This document shows positions 51,032-60,402 of a stretch of 64,000 nt of DNA, piece after piece; position 1 is the stretch's first letter; each line of letters opens with the position of its first letter. A program made the translations under genes and the position numbers. Where the stretch lies: contig JAVKIP010000016.1 in the NCBI GenBank assembly GCA_031459385.1, positions 11,286 to 75,285 on the forward strand, written 5' to 3'. The notes beneath the pieces are model-generated. The model saw nothing but the letters and a program-made list of their open reading frames with translations, was not told the DNA's origin and searched no databases. Source of the stretch: Candidatus Fervidifonticultor secundus (lineage in GTDB: Bacteria > Sysuimicrobiota > Sysuimicrobiia > Sysuimicrobiales > Humicultoraceae).

Positions 51032-54000
51032 ATGTCGCTGTCGGCGCTGGCTGTCCGGCGTCCCGTGCTCACCCTGATGATCACCAGCGCCCTGATGGTG
51101 CTGGGGCTGGTGGCCTACACGCGCCTGCCCGTGGAGCTGTTCCCCAACGTGCAGTTCCCCTTCGTGACCGTGACCGTCGTCTACCCCGGGGCGGGCCCCG
51201 AAGAGATCGAGCAACTGGTGGCCAAGCCGCTGGAAGAGCAGCTCTCGAGCCTGGCCAACGTGCGCGAGGTGCGCACGCTGGCCAGCGAGGGCACGGTCCT
51301 GGTCGGCGTGCAGTTCGAGCTCGGAACCGATCTCGATGCGGCCACCGCCGACGTGCGGCAGCGCGTCGACATCGCCCGGGCCCGCTTCCCCCGCGACGTC
51401 CAGCAGCCCATCGTCCAGAAGCTGGACATCGGCGCCCAGCCGGTGATGAACCTGGGCATGGGCGGTGCGCGCTCCCCGCGCGAGCTGCGTCGTCTGGCCG
51501 ACGAGGTGGTGAAGCCGCGGCTGGAGCGCACGCCCGGCGTGGCGGCCGTCAGCGTGACCGGAGGCCTCGTGCGCGAGATCCGCGTCGAGGTCGACCTGGA
51601 CCGCCTGCGGGCCCACGGGCTGACCCTGGCACAGGTCGAGGACACCTTACGGGCCGAGAACCTCAACGTGCCCGGCGGCAAGATCACCGAGGGACCGCGC
51701 GAGCAACTGGTGCGGCTGACCGGGCAGTTCGCCAGCCTCGACGAGATCGCGAGCCTGCGCGTCCTGCGCCGCGACGGCGCCACAGTGCGGCTCGGCGACG
51801 TGGCCGCCGTCCGCGACGTGGCCCGCGATCCCGAGCAGTTCACCCGCCTCAATGGCCGCGACAGCGTGGGGATCAGCATCCAGAAGCAGGCCGGGGCGAA
51901 CACCGTGGCGGTGGCCGACGGCATCCGCAGGGCCCTGGCCGACCTGCGCCGCACGCTGCCGGGCGACGTGACGTTCGGCGTGGCGCAGGACCAGTCGCTG
52001 TTCGTCCGCTCCTCGGTGGCCGACGTGCAGGGCAATCTGGCGCTGGGCGCCGTGCTGGTGGCAGTGGTCGTTTTCCTCTTCCTGCACAACGCCCGCAGCA
52101 CGCTCATCATCGCCCTGGCCATGCCCACGGCCATCGTCGCCACCTACCTGCCTATGTTCTTCTCGGGCTTCACCATCAACATCATGTCGCTGCTGGGGCT
52201 GGCGGTGTCGGTGGGCGTGCTGGTCGACAACGCCATCGTCGTCACCGAGAACATCAACCGGCACCTGACCCTCGAGGCCACGCCGGCTGACGCCGCGCGC
52301 GAGGGCGCCCGGGAGATCGAGGCCGCCGTCATGGCCAGCGCCATGACCAACGTGGCGGTGTTCGTGCCCATTGCGTTCACCCGGGGCATCGTCGGACAGT
52401 TCTTCCGGCAGTTCGGGCTGACGGTGGTCTTCGCCAACCTGCTGTCGGTATTCATGGCCTTCACGCTGACGCCGATGCTCTCGGCGCGGTGGCTGCGGCG
52501 GCCCGACCCGCGCCGTACGCGGCTGGCGCGGGTCTTCGACGGGTGGGACGCGGCCTACGAGCGGCTGACCGTGCGCTACCGCGGCGGCCTCGCCTGGGTG
52601 CTGCGGCACCGGTGGATGGCACTGGGCGCGGCGGCCGCTGCTTTCGTGGGGAGCCTGATCCTCCTGGCATCGCCGCTGGTGGGCAAGGAGTTCTTCCCGA
52701 CCGCCGACACCGGGGAGTTCCGGGTGCGGATCGAGATGCCCATGGGCTCGTCGCTGGCCCTGGCGGACCAGGCGGTGCGGCGCGCCGAGGCCGTGCTGGC
52801 GACGGTGCCCGAGGTCGAGACCTCCTTCACGCTGGTGGGTGGCCAGAGCACGGGGTTCGGTTTCCAGACGCCGGGCGCGCAGATCGGCGAGATCTTCGTG
52901 AGCCTGGTGGAGCGGAGCCGGCGGCAGCGCTCGGTCACCGCCATCATGGACGATGTGCGCGCGCAGCTGCGGGACCTGCCGGCTGCCAAGGTCAAGGTCT
53001 CGCCGGGCGGCGAGGTCGGAGGCGGGCAGGCCCCGATCCAGGTGGAGGTCGTCGGGCCCGACGGCGCCCAGCTCGCGCGCCTGGCGGCCAGCGTCGAGCA
53101 GATCGTGCGCGCCACCCCGGGGACGATCAACGTGGACAACACCCTGGCGCCGGGGAAGGGCGAGCTGCAGGTGGTCCTGGACCGGGAGCGCGCGGCGCGG
53201 CTGGGGCTCAGCGCGGCCAGCGTGGGGAGCGCGATCCGCACGGCCGTCGAGGGCAGCGCCGTCACCCGCTACCGCGTGGGCGGCGACGAGTTCGACATCA
53301 CCGTGCGCGCCCGGCCCGAGGATCGCGGGGCGGCCACGCGCCTGGGCGAGCTGGCCGTGGGCGTGGCGCCCGACGGCACGCCGGTTCGCCTGCGCGACGT
53401 GGCCACCGTGCGCGAGGCGCGCGGCCCCGCCTCGGTCATGCGCAAGAACCGGGTGCGCATGGCGCTCATCACCGCCGACCTGGCCGGCCGGCCCCTGGGC
53501 GCGGTGGTGAACGACATCGCCCAGCAGACCAGGACACTGACGCTGCCGCCGGGCTTTGCCGTCAACTTCGCCGGCGAAGCGCAGTTCCAGGCCGAGTCGT
53601 TCCGCGACCTGCTGGTCTCGCTGGCCCTCGCCATCGTGTTCGTCTACATGGTGATGGCGGCGCAGTTCGAGTCGCTGGTGCACCCCTTCATCATCATGTT
53701 CACGCTGCCGCTGGCCGCTGTCGGCGTCTTCCCCCTGCTGGCCGCCACCGGCGTCAACGTCAGCATCATGTCGCTGCTGGGCATCATCATGCTCACCGGC
53801 ATCGTGGTGAACAACGCGATCATCCTGGTCGACTACACCAACCAGCTGCGGGCGCGCGGCCTGCCCCGGCGTGAGGCCCTGCTCGAGGCCGGCGCCACGC
53901 GCCTGCGGCCGATCCTCATGACGTCGTTCACGACGATCCTGGGCGGACTGCCCGTGGCGCTGGGGCTGGGCACCAGCGGGGCCGAGTGGCGCCGGCCGCT

Positions 54001-54181
54001 GGGCATGGCCGTGCTGGGCGGCCTGATGACTTCCACGTTCCTGACGCTGTTCGTGATCCCGGCGGTGTACGCGATCGCAGACGACCTGGCCGGGCGGCTC
54101 CGCCGCCGACCAGGGCCGGCCTGGGACCAGGCGAAGCAGCCCCCGCCGGTGCCCGTGGCGGGCGGCGACGAGGAGGCATAG
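51032..54181 (+). CDS. RND efflux permease (AcrB/HAE family)
   Basis: RRPV, YPGAGPEEIE, GVLVDNAIVVTEN, GIVVNNAI, RLRPILMT. Confidence 0.95.
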   Translation: MSLSALAVRRPVLTLMITSALMVLGLVAYTRLPVELFPNVQFPFVTVTVVYPGAGPEEIEQLVAKPLEEQLSSLANVREVRTLASEGTVLVGVQFELGTDLDAATADVRQRVDIARARFPRDVQQPIVQKLDIGAQPVMNLGMGGARSPRELRRLADEVVKPRLERTPGVAAVSVTGGLVREIRVEVDLDRLRAHGLTLAQVEDTLRAENLNVPGGKITEGPREQLVRLTGQFASLDEIASLRVLRRDGATVRLGDVAAVRDVARDPEQFTRLNGRDSVGISIQKQAGANTVAVADGIRRALADLRRTLPGDVTFGVAQDQSLFVRSSVADVQGNLALGAVLVAVVVFLFLHNARSTLIIALAMPTAIVATYLPMFFSGFTINIMSLLGLAVSVGVLVDNAIVVTENINRHLTLEATPADAAREGAREIEAAVMASAMTNVAVFVPIAFTRGIVGQFFRQFGLTVVFANLLSVFMAFTLTPMLSARWLRRPDPRRTRLARVFDGWDAAYERLTVRYRGGLAWVLRHRWMALGAAAAAFVGSLILLASPLVGKEFFPTADTGEFRVRIEMPMGSSLALADQAVRRAEAVLATVPEVETSFTLVGGQSTGFGFQTPGAQIGEIFVSLVERSRRQRSVTAIMDDVRAQLRDLPAAKVKVSPGGEVGGGQAPIQVEVVGPDGAQLARLAASVEQIVRATPGTINVDNTLAPGKGELQVVLDRERAARLGLSAASVGSAIRTAVEGSAVTRYRVGGDEFDITVRARPEDRGAATRLGELAVGVAPDGTPVRLRDVATVREARGPASVMRKNRVRMALITADLAGRPLGAVVNDIAQQTRTLTLPPGFAVNFAGEAQFQAESFRDLLVSLALAIVFVYMVMAAQFESLVHPFIIMFTLPLAAVGVFPLLAATGVNVSIMSLLGIIMLTGIVVNNAIILVDYTNQLRARGLPRREALLEAGATRLRPILMTSFTTILGGLPVALGLGTSGAEWRRPLGMAVLGGLMTSTFLTLFVIPAVYAIADDLAGRLRRRPGPAWDQAKQPPPVPVAGGDEEA

Positions 54182-54240
54182 GCCCCCCTCGCAGCGGACC
54201 TCTGCACCCCGTGCTGGCCGCGGCGCGAACGCTGGCCGAA

Positions 54241-54249
54241 TGCTATAAT
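54241..54249 (+). promoter_or_regulatory. Extended -10 promoter for tRNA-Arg
   Basis: TGCTATAAT 10 nt before the tRNA. Confidence 0.7.
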
Positions 54250-54259
54250 GAGCGCAAGC

Positions 54260-54335
54260 GCGCCCGTAGCTCAGCGGATAGAGCGGCGGCCTCCGGAGCC
54301 GTAGGTCGGGGGTTCAAGTCCCTCCGGGCGCGCCA
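54260..54335 (+). tRNA. tRNA-Arg(CCG)
   Basis: GCGCCCG/CGGGCGC acceptor stem, GCGGC-CTCCGGA-GCCGT anticodon arm, GTTCAAGTC, encoded CCA; 76 nt. Confidence 0.97.
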
Positions 54336-54486
54336 CGAAACTCTATGTCCATGAAGGCTTCTGATGTATTCTGCCCTGCGGCGGTTCTTGGTACGGAACC
54401 CGGGGGGCTTGCGAATCCCCCGGTGTGCTTCTAATGGATGGGGGAGGCCGCGAGGGTCGTCGGGGGCACACGGGAGGTGATGGAGG

Positions 54487-54834
54487 ATGGTCTGGGCTAA
54501 CGTGGTGAACGCGTTGGTCGGGATCTGGTTCATCATCGCACCGTTCATCCTCGTCTACAGCGACCAGCGGGCTCCGCTGTGGCTGAGCCTGCTGGGCGGG
54601 GCGATCTTGCTGGTGCTGGCCGGGTGGGCAGTCATCAACGAGGCGGCTCGCAAGCAGCGGTGGATCCAGTACGTCAACGGCCTCGTCGGCATCTGGTTCA
54701 TCGTCTTCCCCTACGTCTTCGCGCTGGCCGCGCGGCCGAACGTCGCCTGGACCTCCGTCGTCGGCGGGCTGATCGCGCTGGTGCTCAGCGCCTGGCTGGC
54801 GTTCAGCGTCCTGCCGAAAGAGGCCCACGCCTAG
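54487..54834 (+). CDS. SPW-repeat small membrane protein (two repeats, 4 TM)
   Basis: Internal repeat NALVGIWFIIAPF / NGLVGIWFIVFPY; GGAGG RBS. Confidence 0.8.
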   Translation: MVWANVVNALVGIWFIIAPFILVYSDQRAPLWLSLLGGAILLVLAGWAVINEAARKQRWIQYVNGLVGIWFIVFPYVFALAARPNVAWTSVVGGLIALVLSAWLAFSVLPKEAHA

Positions 54835-55163
54835 GGTCCTCCCCGGCAGCCTCCGGCCTTCCCCCACGTCCTTCTCCGACGTGCTCACGCGCGGCGGGAA
54901 CCCTCCCGGGGGGTCTTGGTCGCTTATGATGGTGCAAGCCCGTCACGCCCGTGGGCCGTGTCGGATACGGGGCCGGGGCCGATGCCCCGACCCCGCGCCG
55001 TCAGCGCGCCGCGTGCGCGGGAATGCGACACCGGGCGACGAGGGCGCCGGGGGCCAGCCCGCGCATGTGGGGCCGTTGCAGACTGGGCGACGCTGGTTCC
55101 GCTGCAAGCGCGCCTCAGGCGTCTAGCTGGTTGCCGCGCGGGGAACGCCTGTAGCGGGGGAAG

Positions 55164-55916
55164 GTGCGCGTGCCCGTTCCGGCAGCGGTGATCGATGACC
55201 TTGCGGCGGCCTACGCGCGCGACCGGTCGCCGGACGCGCGGGCGCAGCTCGTCGACGCGTGCATTCCGCTGGTCCGGGCCCTGACCGCGCGGTTCCGACG
55301 GGTCCCGGGCGAAGCTGAAGACCTCGTGCAGGTCGGCTACCTGGGGCTGCTGCAGGCCCTCGAGACGTACGATCCTGCCCGGGGCGTCCACTTCACCACG
55401 TACGCGCGCCCGATCATCCTGGGCCACGTCAGCCACTACCTGCGGGATATGATCGGGACCATCCGGAAGCCGCGCTGGCTGCGGGTCCTCGATCGGGAGA
55501 TCACGCGGCACGTCGAGCGGTTCGTCGCTGACCACCAGCGCTATCCGAGCCTCCAGGAGCTGGCGACCGCGCTCAACATCACGGAATCAGGCCTCCTGGA
55601 GGTTCTGCGGGCGCGCCAGGCCGTCAAGACCACGTCCCTGGACGCCGAGGAGGACGAGACCGAGCCCGAGATCGACCGCCGCGTGATCCGCCACCAGGCG
55701 TACGTCTCGTTCCAGCTGCCTATCGAGGACCGCATCGTGCTCTACGAGGCCATCGACCGCCTCAGCGCGCTGCAGCGCAGGGTGATCTACTACCTCTTCT
55801 TCTACGACCTCACCCAGGCCGTCACCGCGGCAAAGCTGGGCATCTCGCAGAAGCACGTCTCGCGGATCCTGGCCTCCGCTCTGGCCCGCCTGCGGGAGTA
55901 CCTGGCACCGCGCTGA
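55164..55916 (+). CDS. Alternative sigma-70 factor, SigB/SigF/SigG-like
   Basis: EDLVQVGYLGLL, YDPARG..FTTYA, HYLRD...IRKPRW, SLD, TQ...A.KLGISQKHVSR. Confidence 0.9.
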   Translation: MRVPVPAAVIDDLAAAYARDRSPDARAQLVDACIPLVRALTARFRRVPGEAEDLVQVGYLGLLQALETYDPARGVHFTTYARPIILGHVSHYLRDMIGTIRKPRWLRVLDREITRHVERFVADHQRYPSLQELATALNITESGLLEVLRARQAVKTTSLDAEEDETEPEIDRRVIRHQAYVSFQLPIEDRIVLYEAIDRLSALQRRVIYYLFFYDLTQAVTAAKLGISQKHVSRILASALARLREYLAPR

Positions 55917-56013
55917 CATCAGCGGGGGATACCTGCACAGGTGCGGCACCACAGCATCAGGTGGCCTGCCTCTGGTCCGCGCGGGAGCGCACTGACGCCC
56001 GAGGTGGGCGTGC

Positions 56014-57183
56014 CTACCGCATGTTTCCCGTGTGGCCCAGCGAGTAGCGGCCGGGCTGCGGCCAGTAGGTGAGACCGTGGGGGCCGGCCCCGACAGGGAT
56101 ACGGGCCAGCAGGCGTCCCGTGTCCGTGTCGAACGCGTACACTTCGCCGTCGTAGCGGCCCGACAGCCACAGCTGCCGCCCGTCGGCTGACACGTTGCCC
56201 ATGTCGGGGCTTCCTCCGCCGGGCACCGGCCAGAGGGCCACCACGCGGCGCGCGACGGGGTCGACCACCGCCACGCTGCCTGGCCCGCGGCGGCCGCCGG
56301 TCACCGTGGTCCACCCCCGGTTGGCGACGTACAGGAAACGGCCATCGCGGCTGGGATAGACGCCGTGGGCGCCGGTACCCGTTGCCAGGAAGCCCACCGC
56401 GCGCAGCGGCTCGCCCTTGACGAGGTGCACCCCACCGCCGACCATATCGGCCACGACGAAGAGGCGCCCATCAGGCGACAGCCGCACGTCCTGCGGCATG
56501 CCGCCCAGCTCCAGGACACCCAGGAGTCGGTGCGACACCGTGTCCAGCTTGACGAGCCGCCCGGCGAACTCGCAGGTGAGGAGCAGGAAGCGTCCGTCGG
56601 CCGAGAAGTCGAGGTGGTTCGCACCTGGACACGGCACGGGCACCGAGGCTTCCAGCGCCATGGTCTGCGGATGGCGGAAGTCGAGGCGGTGCCGGGCCTC
56701 GGCCACGATCATGGCGAACGCTCCGTCGGGGGTGAAGTAGAGGTTGTAAGGGTCGTCCACCGGCACCGGTCGGCCGCCCTGTCCGGTGACCGGATCGATG
56801 GGCGTGAGGGTGTTGCTCCCGTTGTTGTTGACCCACAGTGTGTGGAGGTCATAGGACGGCACCACGTGCTGCGGACTCTTGCCCACGCGGACCTTGGCGA
56901 TGGTGCGGAACGTGGCAGGATCGATGACGCTCACGGTGTCGGACAGACTGTTGGGCACGTAGACCCGGGCTGGCAGGCCGGCAAGCGCGGCACGCAGGCG
57001 GCCTGCACCGGCTTCCCGGTAGACGTTGCGAGGATCGGTGACCGGCGGCATGCCAGGCAGCGGGGCCGCGCGAGGCCGAGGTGCGGCCGGGCGCACCCCT
57101 GGTGCAGTAGGACGCGCTGTTGGCCGGCCAACGCAGGCGCCGGACAGCACGGCGGTGAGCAACACGAGAAACGCCACCCGCAT
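56014..57183 (-). CDS. YVTN/YncE beta-propeller lipoprotein
   Basis: Lipobox LSGAC; repeats YVPNSLSDTVSVID, WVNNNGSNTLTPID, YVANRG, GAGPHG. Confidence 0.85.
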   Translation of the reverse strand: MRVAFLVLLTAVLSGACVGRPTARPTAPGVRPAAPRPRAAPLPGMPPVTDPRNVYREAGAGRLRAALAGLPARVYVPNSLSDTVSVIDPATFRTIAKVRVGKSPQHVVPSYDLHTLWVNNNGSNTLTPIDPVTGQGGRPVPVDDPYNLYFTPDGAFAMIVAEARHRLDFRHPQTMALEASVPVPCPGANHLDFSADGRFLLLTCEFAGRLVKLDTVSHRLLGVLELGGMPQDVRLSPDGRLFVVADMVGGGVHLVKGEPLRAVGFLATGTGAHGVYPSRDGRFLYVANRGWTTVTGGRRGPGSVAVVDPVARRVVALWPVPGGGSPDMGNVSADGRQLWLSGRYDGEVYAFDTDTGRLLARIPVGAGPHGLTYWPQPGRYSLGHTGNMR

Positions 57184-57394
57184 GCCAGTATCGCACCCCC
57201 CTCTTCGCCCGCCTCTTCGGCGTGCCGCAGCGGCCATTCCTCCGGCCCGTGCGCGGTCTCTCCCGGGCCTGTCCCGCGGACGCCTGCCTCCGCAGCCCCG
57301 GGTCCTGCCGGGAGCTTGCAGAACCCCCGGCACCGTGGTTGCAATGGATGCAGGGGGCTGCAGGATCGTCGGGGTCTACGGGAGGTGATGAGGA

Positions 57395-57574
57395 ATGGTC
57401 TGGGCTACCGTCGTCAACGCGTTGGTGGGGATCTGGTTCATCATCTTCCCCTACGTCTCTGCCCTCACCGCGCGGCCGAACGTCGCCTGGACCTCCGTCG
57501 TCGGCGGGCTCATCGCGCTGGTGCTCAGCGCCTGGCTGGCGTTCAGCGTTCTGCCCAAAGAGGCCCACGCCTGA
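57395..57574 (+). CDS. Single-repeat (59 aa) paralog of the SPW protein at 54487 (not in ORF track)
   Basis: MVWATVVNALVGIWFIIFPYVSALTARPNVAWTSVVGGLIALVLSAWLAFSVLPKEAHA*; near-identical DNA to both ends of 54487-54834 with an in-frame 168-bp deletion. Confidence 0.75.
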   Translation: MVWATVVNALVGIWFIIFPYVSALTARPNVAWTSVVGGLIALVLSAWLAFSVLPKEAHA

Positions 57575-57677
57575 GACCGTTCCCGGCGACCTCAGGCCTC
57601 CCCCACCATCTGTGGCGCCGGCTTCCTGGAACCCTGCACGCTCTCCCCGCGTAGAAATTGATCAGGGGGTGAAGGTC

Positions 57678-58187
57678 ATGTCGTCGGGTCGACGGGCAGC
57701 AGCGTCTATGGTGGCACTGGCCGGGGTGCTGGTGGCGACGGGCGTTTTCCCGGCCACAATTTCGGCACATCACGACCACCGCTGGCGGCCTGTGGGACAC
57801 CGGGCCGTCGTGCGGGTGGTCGGACGTGACGAAGTGTTCTGCACTTCCCGGAGCCTCCTGGCGGGCTCGATCGCGGTACCCGCGCACCGTTGCTTCCGGC
57901 TCGCACTGGTGCGCCGGCAGCAGCGGGTGTTCCTCGCGTTCCTCGAGCCGACGGTTGTGGTGTCGGCAGGGCACGTGGTGATCGTGACCCGACCCGTGGT
58001 GCGGCCCCGGATCCTCTTTCTCGTACCGTTCGACGAGGTTGACGACCTGGGCGATGACGTCCTCCCGGTGCTGCCGGTGCACGGCGCGGTGCTGGTGCCG
58101 GTGCGCGTCGTGGACCTGGGCCCACGGCTGACGATTACGGTGGTGGACTTCCCGCGCCTGTTCGTCACGTTCTCGGTACCGCTGTAG
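57678..58187 (+). CDS. Hypothetical exported protein
   Basis: RBS-like GGGGGTG, signal-like N-terminus, Val-rich beta-type body with two Cys. Confidence 0.6.
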   Translation: MSSGRRAAASMVALAGVLVATGVFPATISAHHDHRWRPVGHRAVVRVVGRDEVFCTSRSLLAGSIAVPAHRCFRLALVRRQQRVFLAFLEPTVVVSAGHVVIVTRPVVRPRILFLVPFDEVDDLGDDVLPVLPVHGAVLVPVRVVDLGPRLTITVVDFPRLFVTFSVPL

Positions 58188-58221
58188 GGCGCCGGTCGGT
58201 GGCGCCGCAGGTCGCCGGTGT

Positions 58222-58415
58222 AGTGGGCGCATGGACCCGGCTGCGATCCCAATGCGCTAATTTAGATCCGCAGCCGACCATTCCGGGGTCACCTGCCCTC
58301 CACCTTCAAGCGTCTCGAATACGACGGTGTCGCCGGGCTGGATGCGTAGGCGCGGTGGGTGGGCATTGTCCCAGAACGCGTGGGGCTGCATATCGTCCAA
58401 GTGATGCGTGGTCAT
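58222..58415 (-). pseudogene. Acetamidase/formamidase N-terminal fragment
   Basis: MTTHHLDDMQPHAFWDNAHPPRLRIQPGDTVVFETLEGGGQVTP...* (stop at 58257-58259), then WDRSRVHA in a shifted frame; GGAGG RBS. Confidence 0.6.
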
Positions 58416-58474
58416 TTGAATGCGACCTCCCATAGCACTGCAGCACGCGCCTACGAGCGGCTCCCAGAGCGGCG

Positions 58475-58532
58475 GCCCAACGATCGCGCTCAGCGGCCGG
58501 CTCGGCCGGCCGGCTGAAGCGCGCTGTTAGAC
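58475..58532 (-). mobile_element. attC site 1 (58 bp)
   Basis: Minus strand: GTCTAAC-AGCGC-GCTTCAGC...GCTGAGC-GCGATC-GTTGGGC; extra base in L''; the hicA stop lies in R''. Confidence 0.88.
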
Positions 58533-58730
58533 AGGCCCTTCGCCTCCGACTTCCGGCACTGAAAGGCCACGGCAGATTTTCCGAGCCAGGAGATTCGAGA
58601 TCTCGCTGTGGCCTGGTACCGCCTCGACGGCACCAGTTGCCAGATTCGTCCAAAGCGAATGCGACTTCCCTTCCCGCTTCAAGTGACAACCAAGCCTCCT
58701 GAGATGCCGAAGCAGGTCGCTTCGCTTCAC
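58527..58730 (-). CDS. hicA: HicA-family toxin
   Basis: KRSDLLRHL...G....REGKSH......VPGH.EI...LARKI. Confidence 0.88.
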   Translation of the reverse strand: MKRSDLLRHLRRLGCHLKREGKSHSLWTNLATGAVEAVPGHSEISNLLARKICRGLSVPEVGGEGPV

Positions 58731-58942
58731 CTCACGACAACCTTCTCCCGCACTGCGCCGGGCGGCACTCCGCGCAGGCCGTCCTTACGCCTATCCTCCA
58801 GGATGAGCGCGATCGCGTCTGCTAGGCTGCGCCTCGCCTCCGCTTTAGTTCGCCCCTGTCCGTTGGCTCCCGGGATCTCAGGACAGTAGGCGACGTACCA
58901 CCCGTCGTCACGCTCGATGACGGCTGTAAACTCGTTCCGCAT
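58727..58942 (-). CDS. hicB: HicB-family antitoxin (short)
   Basis: FTAVIERDDGWYVAYCPEIPGANGQGRTKAEA...L.DAI; GTGA overlap with hicA. Confidence 0.9.
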   Translation of the reverse strand: MRNEFTAVIERDDGWYVAYCPEIPGANGQGRTKAEARRSLADAIALILEDRRKDGLRGVPPGAVREKVVVR

Positions 58943-58999
58943 CCGCTTTTCTGGATGCCGCTTTTTCACTCTCACTTCGGATCACCCTTGTTCAGCTCT

Positions 59000-59018
59000 G
59001 TCTAACGCTCCGGTTCAG
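59000..59018 (-). mobile_element. Truncated attC site 2 (R'/L' half only)
   Basis: GTCTAACGCTCCGGTTCAG matches 61079-61097 at 18 of 19 positions; the other arm is missing next to the IS end. Confidence 0.7.
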
Positions 59019-59032
59019 TCAGGTTGTGTGGT

Positions 59033-60402
59033 AGAGTCCGTTGAGAATTGGGGGAAGCGGCCACCAGCATAGTGAATGGAATCCTTGGCCGAAAGCCACA
59101 CAGCATGCAGAAAGGAAACCGCTCCCGTGCCTACAGTACTACGGGTGCCCAGTGGTCGCCAGGGGGGTGCTCCGGCCTTGCCGGAGGATTTCAATGCACG
59201 CGTCGAGGGTGATCAAGGCGCTGATTCCCCTGGGGATGGCGGCCGTCGAGGATGCCTTGCAGGAGGAGGTCGAGCGGCTGGCCGGGCCGTTCTACAAGCG
59301 GCAGGGGGCCAGCCGGGGTACGTGCGCTGGAGCACCGAGCGCGGCTCGGTCTACTTGCTGGACCAGAAGGTCCCGATCAACTACCAACGGGTGCGGGACC
59401 AGCGCCGGCGGGCCGATGTGCCCCTGGAGACGTATCGGACGCTGCAGCAGCCGCGGGCATTGGACGAAGGCTTGCTGCGGCGCGTCCTGCACGGGCTGAG
59501 TTGCCGGCGGTACCAGGAGTGCGCGGAGACCGTGCCTGAGGCGTTTGGGCTGAGCGCATCGTCGGTCTCCCGCCGCTTCATCCGGGCGAGCGAGCGCAAG
59601 CTGCGGGCCTTTCAGGCGCGGCGGCTGGAGTAGTATGACCTGGTGGCGCTGGTGCTGGACGGGAAGACCTTCGCCGACGACGAGATGGTCATCGCGTTGG
59701 GGGTGACCGTCAAGGGCCACAAAGTGATCTTAGGCTTTGTACAGACGGCGACGGAGAACAAAGTGGCCTGTGCGGCGTTCCTGCGGGAGTTGGTGGCACG
59801 CGGGGCTGCGCCACCAGGACGGACTGCTGGTAGTCCTAGACGGCAGCAAGCGGCTGCGGCAGGCGGCGCGGGAGGTCTTGGGGGAGGCCGCGCAGATCCA
59901 GCGCTGTCAGTGGCACAAGCGTGAGAACGTGGTGTGCTACCTTCCCAAGGGGTAGCAGCCCCGCTGGCGCGCCAAGTTGCAGGCGCGTATGAGCAGCCGA
60001 CCTACGAGCAGGCGAAAGGCGAACTGGACAAACTCCAGCGGGAACTGCGCCTGCTCAATGAGAGCGCGGTACGCAGCCTCCAGGAGGGGCTGGAGGAGAC
60101 GCTGACCCTGCATCGCCTGGGCGTGTTCCGAGGAGCTGGGGCTGAGCCTGACGACCACGAACATCCTGGAGTCGATCATGGCGCAGGTGGAGGATCGGGT
60201 CGGGAAGGTGGACCGCTGGCAGAACAGTTCGCAGAAGCAGCGCTGGCTGGCCACAGCCTTGTTGGACATCGAGCCACGGCTGCGCCGGATCAGGGGCTAT
60301 CGTGCGTTGCCGAAGTTGCGGCAAGCGCTTCAACGCACGATGAGGAAGGAGGCGACGGCTGCCTGATGATGCCCCCGCTTCCCTCAATTCTCAACGGACT
60401 CT
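59033..60402 (+). mobile_element. Degenerate IS256-family element
   Basis: 28-bp terminal IRs AGAGTCCGTTGAGAATTG(G/A)GGGAAGCGG at 59033-59060 and 60375-60402 (1 mismatch); no target duplication seen. Confidence 0.85.
59127..60366 (+). pseudogene. IS256 transposase pseudogene
   Basis: Homologous to the 62631-63890 transposase (LVLDGKTFADD, QRCQWHKRENV) but split over several frames, with an in-frame TAG at 59631-59633. Confidence 0.9.

Noticed and set aside
54920..55120. Structured RNA or riboswitch upstream of the SigB-like gene
   Set aside because: GC-rich pairing potential but no recognisable conserved riboswitch motif
59631..59633. In-frame TAG in the transposase as possible recoding (pyrrolysine or read-through)
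   Set aside because: Aligns with Gln in the intact paralog, and the gene also has several frameshifts; simple decay
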